The translations under genes and the position numbers were made by a program. The notes beneath the pieces are model-generated. The model worked only from the letters and a program-made list of their open reading frames with translations, was not told the origin of the DNA and made no database searches. Shown piece by piece: positions 30,002-38,917 of a DNA stretch of 64,000 bases. The stretch is from positions 2,112,001 through 2,176,000 of the forward strand of contig OZ245033.1 of assembly GCA_965224025.1 (NCBI GenBank). The letters run 5' to 3'. The stretch's first letter is position 1. Every line of letters starts with the position of its first letter. The stretch is from Candidatus Multivorans sp. Lineage in GTDB: Bacteria > Acidobacteriota > Thermoanaerobaculia > Multivoradales > Multivoraceae.

Positions 30002-30249
30002 GCCGTCTGCCTCCCGGTTGCGTCCTGTCCGAGGCGGACCGCGAGTGTACCCGCCTGCCCAGGGCCAGAGGGGGCGGGGTTCCAGGGGCCGTTCGCGCTC
30101 GGAGTGGATTGGAAGAGGCCCAGGAGCGGTCTTTGCGCGAACAGTTGAGTTGCAGGTAGATCCACGATGCGGGGATGCGCGTCGAGTTCAGGACCTTCGG
30201 CTGAAGAAAACCGCTTCCCAGGAGTAACCCGGCGGTCGTCGTCGAGGCG

Positions 30250-30960
30250 CTGGGCGACCGGCCGGTCACCCACGATCGAGACCCGCTCGCCGAACCGCGA
30301 CTGGGGGTAGTAGTCCCACACGGCGTGATGCTGGGTGCAGCGGTTGTCCCAGAGGGTGAGCGTGTTGGGCTCCCAGCGCACGCGACAGGTCAGAGAGACT
30401 GTGGCGGCAATGTGCTCGAAGAGCATGTCGAGCAGCCCCCGGCTCTCCCATCGTCGCAGGCCGCGGATGTGCGAGGTGAAACCGCTGTTGACGAACAGGG
30501 CCTTGCGGCCCGTCTCGGGATGGCGGATCACCACCGGGTGCTCGGTCCTTGGGTACTGCTTTCCATCGGGAGCTGCGTAGCCGTACTTTCCGATGTAGGG
30601 CAGCGCACCGTCATGTACCGCTACCAGGCCCTCGAGGAACTTCTGCATCCGCTCCGAGAGCGTCTCGCAAGCGCGGTAGATGTCGGCAAGGAGCGTGTCG
30701 CCTCCCGAGCCGCACTCGGGAATCTCCTTGATATAGAGCATCGAGGCCATCGGCGGCTTCTCGTCGCACGACACGTCGGTGTGCCAGCCGTCGCCCGCCG
30801 TGTACTTCGACTTCTGGGTGGTCTTGACGACGAGGATCTCGGGGTCATGCCCGCCCTTGCACTCGGAGCTCTGGTGCAGCGGGTGGACGTGCAGCGGGCC
30901 AAAGGACCGGCCGAAGTCCTTGGGCTGCTCGCGGGTGAGCTCCTGGTTGCGAAAGAGACG
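30250..30960 (-). pseudogene. TauD/TfdA dioxygenase, 5'-truncated and lacking its normal stop
   Basis: LFRNQ, WHTDVS, GGDTL, HPVVIRHPETG, WDNRCTQH; no family-like N-terminus. Confidence 0.7.
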
Positions 30961-31093
30961 CGCTGGACGAATGGCTGCGAGCCTCGGTGCTGCGCTTGAA
31001 CTAGCGAGCCAAGCCCGTGGCAGTGGACGTCGGCGCACCTAGTCCGCGACCGCCGACCCGCCGTTGTGGCCGGCCTCGCGCCCAAAGGCGCGA

Positions 31094-31170
31094 TGGCGTC
31101 CCCAACGGGATTCGAACCCGTGTTGCCAGCTTGAAAGGCTGGAGTCCTGACCTGGCTAGACGATGGGGAC
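31094..31170 (-). tRNA. tRNA-Glu(TTC)
   Basis: GTCCCCA acceptor, anticodon arm CCAGC-CTTTCAA-GCTGG, GGTTCGAATCC, encoded CCA. Confidence 0.96.
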
Positions 31171-31285
31171 GCGGCGGACGGTGTCTACGCCGTCCGGGCG
31201 GCGCAGTATACCGCCAGCGGGATGGCGACGTCGCGAGGCAGAGCTGTCCAACGCGGGACCATTCCAAAGTCTGACGCTTCGCGTC

Positions 31286-31311
31286 GGATGCGGGCAGGAT
31301 GCCCGCGTTCC
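31286..31311 (+). repeat. REP-like palindrome GGATGCGGGCAGGATGCCCGCGTTCC
   Basis: 22-nt exact match to reverse complement of 48509-48530; variant at 61537. Confidence 0.8.
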
Positions 31312-31565
31312 GACAGGCGCTCGAACTCCAGGTAGACCGCCTCCTCCACGGCGTCGGTGAGCTGGTTGAGCGCGAACGACCCCTGCCATGGGTTCTCGCC
31401 GCGGTTGAACCCGAACTCGCGGTTGACGATCAACTGGATCGCAAGCGCCCGGCGCACGGACGGGGCAACGTGTTCGAGGAACCGATGGAGACGGTGAAGC
31501 ACTGCTCGCTCGGGCAGATTTCGGACGCCCTGTACCGGGTCGGCGGGGAGTACCGGCGTCAGCAT
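31305..31565. pseudogene. Two oppositely oriented fragments of an acyl-CoA mutase (IcmF/methylmalonyl-CoA mutase family)
   Basis: Minus: [39 protein letters not shown]; plus: [31 protein letters not shown]. Confidence 0.75.
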
Positions 31566-31871
31566 ATAGGGGCTTCCGCGGTGTAGCTCAAATCAGCCGG
31601 CGCGGTTCGCCATTCGGTCGGTCCTGGTCCGAAACCAGCCGGTTTCCGTCCGCTATGGGCCAGTTCAAAGCGATAAACTACCGACAAATGCACACTGCTG
31701 TCCTACAAAGGAGGATGGGTCTGAACCGTGCCTTGTTCAACAAGGGGTCTTCCTGGTCACCCGCCTGAAGAGCGGAGTCAAGTACGCGGTTCGGGAGCGG
31801 CGCTCGTTTTCCGCCGCTTTCGGTAACCCTGCTTCACCACGAACCCCGGCGCCTGCCGAACACCACTCGCA

Positions 31872-34800
31872 ATGCCACCAGTACGAATAGAACGGAGCGG
31901 ACGAACCGTGACTACTCTGAGACTTACTCTGGCCCGCGAAAGCGTACTCCGCTGTTTCGTCGCCGGCGCTCTCTTCTTGCTGACGCCCTGGTCCGTCGCG
32001 AGGGCACAGACCATGGCCGCGCCGACGATTGACGCCGTGACTACGGGCGACAGCGGCCTGACAGTCAGTTGGACCGCTCCCACGAGCGTGACGGGAATCG
32101 TAGCATACGACGTTCGCTACATTCTAACCAGTGCTGACGAAACTGACGATGCGAACTGGATCGTTCTCGAGGACGCCTGGACGCCTTACCAGTCACCGAC
32201 ACTGGACCCGTTGGTCTCGGCCGTCACGGGACTGACGAATGGAGATGGTTACGACATTCAGGTTCGCGCTGTGGCGGGAGGCGATGGCACGTGGTCCGCG
32301 ACTTCGACCGGCACGCCCGCCGATCACGGCGGTACCAACGCGAACGCCGTCGTACTAAGACCAAGCCAGCCTCGAGTTGGATCTCTTCCGGTCGGCAGTT
32401 CCGATGTGGACGTGTTCAGCTTCAGCCTGAGGGCGAATCAGGGATATGTGGTTTACGCCACGGGCGCCCTCGACACCTCCGCCGTCGTCAAGAGAGGGAA
32501 CGACGACGTCCTGCTAGATGACAACAGCAAGGACGGTCGGAACTTCTTCCTGTCTGCGCGAGAGGGGCGCGCGGGCACCTACTACGTTCATGTGTCGCGC
32601 TCAACCGATGACTCGAATCCCGCGACTAGCGCGCCATACGTAATACACTTGAAGCAGGTAGCTGCGGCGCCCCGTGCGTCCGACGCGGTGACCCTTGATC
32701 TTGACTCGACGTCCTACGCTATCCCTGGGATCGGCTTCGGGGCCTCCAATCAGTACTTCAAGATCGCGTTGTCCGAGGAAACGGACTTGGCCTTTTTCCC
32801 TTCGATTCTCAATGTGACATCAAGGTTCGTATGGGCTGAGGCCGAACTCCTGACTGAGTCAGGCGAGCTGATCGAACACAGTGACTTCAGCCTGCTGCCG
32901 CCTTCCTATTACACGTTTCATATCCGGCGCACGCTCCCTGCCGGTACGTACTATCTGAAGGTTAATCCACTTCTGGGAGGAGCCATTCCCGTTCACGCTC
33001 GGGTCGCGGTGGAACCGGGCGACGACCGAGCCAGTGCGGGGGTACTTTGGACACAGCATTTAGCTGACGACGAGGTGGGCGAGAGGTTGGGGCGCGTGGA
33101 GCTCGGAGCGATCAAACCGGCAACGGATAGCGACTACTTCCGGCTTGAGTTGACACAATCGGACGCGGTGTTGATACGTGGCGTAAGCAGTCACCTTCAG
33201 ATCCAGGGCGAATTGCTCGACGGCAACGGCGCTCCGGTTGAGGCCAACCACTACAATCCGGACAATGCCGCCGATCGTGACCTCTATGGCTTCATGATTC
33301 AGGCGTTCTTGAATGCGGGTGAGTACTACGTCAAGGTGACTGGTGTGGATCCGCTCGCCACGGGTCCGTACACGATCAAGGCCATCACCGACCCGTACGA
33401 ACGGACCATTCGTTCAGAGTGCAGCGCTCTGCCTCCGATTGCTACGGGAACTGATCCGCTGTCAGGTTGCGCGTGGCATTTAGCCAATAGCCGGCAGTTC
33501 GGCGGAGCGGGAGAAGATATCAATGTTGAGGAGGTTTGGACGGCAGGATTCAGGGGTGAAGGTATTACCGTCGCGGTGGTCGACGATGGCCTGGACTACC
33601 TGCATCCGGACCTGAAAGACAACGTCGCGCCAAGAGGCAACTATGACTATGTCACGCAGGATAGCCATGTTTTCAACTACAGCGGCGTACACGGTACCAA
33701 CGTGGCCGGGGTTCTTGCGGCGCGCGACAACTTGATCGGCAGCAGAGGCGTGGCGCCGCGTGCGACGCTCTTCGGCTTCAGCTTGCTGAAAGCACCCTCT
33801 GCCGGCAACCAGGTCGATGCGGTACTCCGGGGACACGAGGCCATGGCTGTTTCCAACAACAGCTGGGGACTCGGTCCGAGCATGATACCGTCCATGACGT
33901 TCCGTGCTCTCACGGCTGCACTTGAGGGCGGGGTTACCGACGGCTACGGCGGCTTGGGGACCTTCTATGTGTTCGCGGTTGGAAACCTAGCTGAAGAAGG
34001 TGGCATCGCGAGCTTGCAGGAGACACACAGTTGGCCGTATGTAACGGTTGTCTGCGGCGTCAACTTGGAGGATTGATGACGCTACGCAGCTATGGCCGCC
34101 ACGATAGGAATTTCGGAGGAACGTCCGCGGCCGCGCCGATAGTGTCCGGTGTAGCCGCGCTCGTGAGGCAGGCGAATCCGAGGTTGACGTGGCGCGACGT
34201 CAAGATGGTTCTTGCGGAGTCTGCCCGGAAGAACGATCCGGACAGTACGGGTTGGTCGAAGGGCGCAAGGAAATATGGATCGGCGGACGAGTACTACTAT
34301 TTCAACGATGAGTACGGGTTCGGCGTCGTCGATGCGGGTGCTGCTGTAGACGCGGCAAGTAGCTGGACGAACTTGCCGGAGTTCAAGAGCAGCGAGTATC
34401 GGGTTGAGGACGGTCTGGTGATCCCCGATGCCTCGGGAACGATTGAGGAGGTCGAAAGCGCCGTAACGGTTGATGAGACGATAGGGTTCGTGGAGTGGGT
34501 CAGAGTTGAACTTGAGTTTGATACCCCGAGAATTCGTGATCTGCGTGTAGAACTCGTGTCTCCATCGGGAACGGTCTCGGAGTTGTTGGTCCTGCCGGAC
34601 CCGAGCCTTCTTCCGTTCTTTCCGCCTACGCCATTCAGCAGCAGGTTCAGTATTGGGTCGGCGAAGCACTTGGGTGAACGGCCGACTGGCACTTGGAGGC
34701 TTCGGCTCTCGGATGGCGTCGACGTCGGCGGCGACTCGAGTTTGAGTTCGTGGCGACTGTTCATCTACGGCCACGGAGGCTCTGTGGCTTCGCCTCCTCC

Positions 34801-36064
34801 TCCTCCTCCTCCTCCTCCGCCACCGCCTCCTCCGCCGCCGCCTCCTCCGCCACCGCCTCCGCCTCCGCCGCCTCCGCCTCCGCCTCCGCCGCCGCCTCCT
34901 CCGCCGCCGCCTCCTCCGCCACCGCCTCCGCCTCCGCCGCCTCCGCCTCCGCCTCCGCCGCCGCCGCCGCCGGAGGAAGTGGTGGCCGTGCTTGGCGTGA
35001 ACAATGTTGACTGTTCTGAACGTAGGCTCTGCGTGGTCTACACGGACGGTGAGGTCGGTTTCGACGACCGAAGCCGCGGGCCTGTGTCAACGAGATGGTG
35101 GGACTTTGGCGATGGCGCCAGCGCGTCGATCAAGTCGGTTTCCCATAAGTGGTCGGAACCGGGATTCTACCGCGTTGTACTGTCAGTTGCCGGGGCGGAT
35201 AAGACATCTTCGTCTCACCAGGATTTCCTCGTGAGGCCGCAAGTGCCAAGGGGCTCATGTGAGCCGGCCAGCGGGGTTCTGTGTCTGCACGAGGAGCGCT
35301 TTGCGGTGACGGGCGAATGGTGGTCGCACGAGTCTCCCCAGGAGGCTCGGATCGCCTATGCCGGGACTGACGATTCGGGGCTGTTGTGGTTCTTCGTGGA
35401 GGAGAACTGGGAGGCGCTGATCAAGGTCCTGGACGGGTGCGCTATCAACGGCCACTATTGGGTGTTTGGGGCTTCGACCACGGACGTTGGTTATCGGATA
35501 ATGGTCATGGACACCGTGGCCGGTTCCGTGCGAGAGTATTCCCACGAACCCGGCAAGGCAGCTCAGGCCATCACCGATGTGACGGCGTTCAGCGGATGCC
35601 GCGGCCCGACCTCGACTTCAGCTTCGCTTGTGCGGTGGGAGCCTGTCCTCCTCGAAGGGGCATCAGAAGACGCCGCAGTCGAACCAGGCTGTGCGCCGAA
35701 CGACCAGCGCCTGTGCTTTCAGGAGGGTCGCTACGAGGTCTCCGTGTCTTGGTCGTCGGTGGACGGCGCTGAGGGCCAGGGGCGCACGGCTAGGCGGCGC
35801 ACCGACGACTCTGGAGTATTCTGGTTCTTTGAACCGTCCAATTGGGAGGTCCTGATGAAAGTGCTCGATGGTTGTGCCGTGAACGGGCACCGATGGGTGT
35901 TCGCGAGCTCGGCTACAGATCTTGGATTGGAGTTCAACGTGAGGGACACGCAAACCGGCCGTCGACGCGTCTACGTCACGGGACCTGGTGAGCCTGCACC
36001 GGCTCTCATCGACACGGTAGCTTTCGCGGATGGTTGCGTCGCTCCCGGGGACTCTGGAAAGTGA
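31872..36064 (+). pseudogene. Secreted kexin-like S8 protease (FN3, PPC-like repeats, S8, P domain, poly-Pro, PKD, two Cys-rich repeats), split at ~34076
   Basis: VVDDG, HGTNVAG, NNSWG, AVGN in ORF1; GGTSAAAP, LTWRDV, YGFGVVD, WDFGDG in ORF2. Confidence 0.8.
34793..34972 (+). repeat. CCN tract encoding 60 consecutive prolines
   Basis: 180 bp of CCT/CCG/CCA codons in frame. Confidence 0.95.
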
Positions 36065-36131
36065 TCGTGCTGCCGATTCGGAGCACGCAGGTTGACTTTC
36101 GTGGCTATGCATTCTGTGGAAAGGGAGGTCA

Positions 36132-36746
36132 ATGGTGAGAAACTCTTCGCCCCTGCCTGATGGGAGATCGCATCGGCGAAGCACGGCGCTGAAGATGTTG
36201 CTCCTCGTGCTACCCGGCTCTGTCCTGGTCGGATCGTTTCAAGGAGAAGCGCCGGCACTGGGTCAGGTCGTTGGGGCGGTCGAGTCGAGTCGGCCGCAGG
36301 AAGGTGTGCCCCACACTTGGTACGACGGCGACCGGGTCAGGAAGGCGTGGCTGCAACCAGATCTCACAGTAAGGGACGTCGGAAAGAGCCTGTCGGACAG
36401 AGAGCAAGTCATTCAGCACTTGGCAGGACGTGTGATCGTCCGAATGGAAAGTCGTAATGAAGTCCGCGTGCCGGTCTTTAGGTCGGAATCGGGAGAGCTG
36501 ATGACCTTGCCGGGCGGTGTTCTGGTGATTCTCGACCGCTCTTGGAGCGTGGCGCAGACGAACCGGTTCTTCAGGTCAAACGGAATAGCTCCAGAGAATA
36601 TCCTGCCGTTGGACGGCTTGAAGAACGGCTTCCTGGTTCGGACACTGCCGGGTTTCCCCTCCTTGGAGCTGGCGAACTCGCTCGCAACTCAGCAGGGGGC
36701 CGTAGTGGCCAGTCCCAACTGGTTGCAGGAACTCAAGGAGCAGTAA
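36132..36746 (+). CDS. Exported hypothetical protein downstream of the protease
   Basis: GGAGG RBS, hydrophobic N-terminus, PVFRS..LPGGVLV..LANSL..ASPNW. Confidence 0.7.
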   Translation: MVRNSSPLPDGRSHRRSTALKMLLLVLPGSVLVGSFQGEAPALGQVVGAVESSRPQEGVPHTWYDGDRVRKAWLQPDLTVRDVGKSLSDREQVIQHLAGRVIVRMESRNEVRVPVFRSESGELMTLPGGVLVILDRSWSVAQTNRFFRSNGIAPENILPLDGLKNGFLVRTLPGFPSLELANSLATQQGAVVASPNWLQELKEQ

Positions 36747-36879
36747 CGCCCCGCAGGTTGCTGGGCATCCAGCTCGTTGCGTCGGGCACCGTCGCTTGGA
36801 GGTGGAACTCCAGGGTGGTCACCGCTGCTACGAACACCCAGCGGTAGGCTGCCGGCCGGCCTGTAGACGCGGCTGAAGG

Positions 36880-37319
36880 CGTATGGCGAGAGTCTCTCCG
36901 GACCGCGGCGCGACCTGAGCGGCGATCGCTGGGTCTACCTCTGGGCGGACGGCATCTACAGCGGTCCGCGGCGGACGTCGGAGCGGCTCTGCGTACTGGT
37001 GATCATCGGGGTCAACGAACGCGGGGAGAAGCACCTGCTCGCGGTCGAGGACGGCGTGCGCGAGTCCATTCAGAGCTGGCGCGAAGTGCTGCTGGACCTG
37101 AAGCGCTGCGGCCTGGCAGAGGCGCCGAAGCTGGCGATGATCTTCAAGCTCGGAACCTGCGCCCAAGCCCGCCGGCGGCGCCTGCGAGGCTTCGACAAGG
37201 TCGCCAAAGTGATCCGCGATGTCCGTTTCGTTGACGGCATCGAACAACACCAGGACGCCGATCAGACCAGGAACGCCGCCTGATGATCAACCGCCCATAC
37301 ACGAAATTGACCATAGCTC
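36880..37319 (+). mobile_element. IS256-family transposase remnant with internal deletion and right end
   Basis: YLWADGIY, LVIIGV..G.KHLLAVEDGVRES..SW joined to LAMIFKL..RRLRG..FVDG; terminal CCATACACGAAATTGACCATAGCTC. Confidence 0.8.
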
Positions 37320-37517
37320 GAAATTTGGAGTATTCTGCTGTTCCGGCCTCAGCGGGAAGCGCCTCAGCGGCGGCCTTGAGTAACGGGAAGGGGCACTCTC
37401 GTTCCGCAGCCAGGCTCGATGCTGTCGGCTTTGCTGACGGCATCGAGCGACGGTTGACACGTGGCATCCCGAGCCGGCTCCCGATTGTGGGTTGTAGGAT
37501 GAAGCGGAGGTCTGGAG

Positions 37518-38657
37518 TTGCCCCTAGTACCAGCCAGACGGGTTTGGGTTTCGTGGACAGGCGGCAAGGACTCGGCATGGTCGTTGCGTAGGTTGCTAGC
37601 GCAGAAATCGACATGGGAGGTGCGAGGACTGATCGGTGTCGTGAACAGGCCCTTGGGCCGCGTGAGAACCCACGGCGTCAGGCCTGGCCTGATCGAGCGG
37701 CAGGCCAGCGCGGTGGGCCTTCGGTTGCTATGGGTCATGTACGACTGGCAGGGCTCGTCGAAGGCCTACGAACGGGAGATTGGTCTAGCGTTCTCCGATC
37801 TGCGGGCAGGGGGAGCGGAGGCGATCGCCTTCAGCGATCTGTACGCGGAACGGCACGGGGAGCGGTTGAGCGCCTTGGCGGTGGCTGCTGGACTCGAACC
37901 CGTGTTTCCGCTGTGGGGCCTTGATCCTCGCGATCACGCGTCGACGATGTTGACCGCGGGAGTGTCGGCCCGGGTATGCTCGGTGGCGACGGAGGCTCTG
38001 CCGGCGAAGTTCGCGGGCCGGCGTTTCGATGCGGACTTCCTGGCGGATCTGCCGGCTCATGTCGATCCGTGCGGCGAAGCCGACGAGTTCCATACGTTCG
38101 TCGAGTGGGCGCCGGGCTGGAAGAAGCGGATCGAAGTGGATTGGGTGCGCACGATCGACCGCTTCGGCTCCGCCGTGGCAGACTTGGCGGCCAAGGACGA
38201 CGCCACCGAGCCGCCTCCTTTCGTGGTGGGAGGCAACCTCGACTGGTCGGATGCAGGCGGCTTTGCCAATGGAGCGGACTACTGCCCGTTCCGCTCCATC
38301 GAGCGTCTGAGACGCGTGGAGCGCTACGTCGCCGAGCGTTTGGCGGAAGAGTTCCAGATCGATGACGTCGCTGCCGTTGCCGCGATGACGGCGAACGGCT
38401 TCGGTCGCTTCTTTCGGCGGCATGTGGGCGTTACGTTCGGTAGCTGGCTGGCTTGTCGGCGAGTAGAGAAGGCGTGCGAGCTGTTGAGGGGACCGGACCT
38501 TCCGGTGGACTTCATCGCTCGTGCGGTCGGTCTCGGCACCGACCGGAACCTGCGTCGCGTGTTCCAGAAGGTGCTCCGTTGCAGTCCTTCGGAGTACAGA
38601 AAGAGGCACCTTCCCAAGCTCGGCGCGGGCCGGCGCGCACGGCGAAAGCCGGCGTAG
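37518..38657 (+). CDS. PP-loop (diphthine-ammonia-ligase-like) ATPase domain fused to AraC HTH
   Basis: SWTGGKDS, FPLWG, DPCGEADEFHTFV; C-terminal FGRFFRRHVG..RVEKACELL..FQKVLRCSPSEYR. Confidence 0.75.
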   Translation: MPLVPARRVWVSWTGGKDSAWSLRRLLAQKSTWEVRGLIGVVNRPLGRVRTHGVRPGLIERQASAVGLRLLWVMYDWQGSSKAYEREIGLAFSDLRAGGAEAIAFSDLYAERHGERLSALAVAAGLEPVFPLWGLDPRDHASTMLTAGVSARVCSVATEALPAKFAGRRFDADFLADLPAHVDPCGEADEFHTFVEWAPGWKKRIEVDWVRTIDRFGSAVADLAAKDDATEPPPFVVGGNLDWSDAGGFANGADYCPFRSIERLRRVERYVAERLAEEFQIDDVAAVAAMTANGFGRFFRRHVGVTFGSWLACRRVEKACELLRGPDLPVDFIARAVGLGTDRNLRRVFQKVLRCSPSEYRKRHLPKLGAGRRARRKPA

Positions 38658-38917
38658 GATTCCGCTCACCAGCAGCGGCAGGGTCCGGCGGCGGTCGCTC
38701 CGCGAGCAGTACTTTCGCGGCCAACTGGCGACCGGCTTCTGAGCCGGCCTCGCTGGACGGTCCGACTACCTGTCGATGCACCCGCCGCTCAACGCCGAGA
38801 CGCGCCACGTGCTCTCCGGCCCCCAGGCGGCGGCTTCCACCTTGTCGCTGTAGCAGGCCCGGAGCAGCGGTGTTCCGCGGAACGGGTTGGCGTTCACGCC
38901 CCCGCGGAGGCCCCGAC

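Noticed and set aside
30002-30250. SAM riboswitch upstream of metY
   Set aside because: No SAM-I or SAM-II consensus recognised
31094-31120. tRNA-Glu as an island attachment site
   Set aside because: No duplicate of the tRNA 3' end and no integrase seen in the window
31577-31600. tRNA-like start GCGGTGTAGCTCAA
   Set aside because: No anticodon arm, T arm or acceptor pairing follows
34031-34100. Programmed frameshift in the protease
   Set aside because: No slippery site, and conserved sequence is missing, so shifting would not restore the enzyme
34693-35090. Poly-Gly and Ala/Ser/Glu ORFs
   Set aside because: Alternate readings of the poly-Pro tract
37418-37450. Second copy of the IS256 tail (TGACGGCATCGA)
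   Set aside because: Match too short to separate from chance
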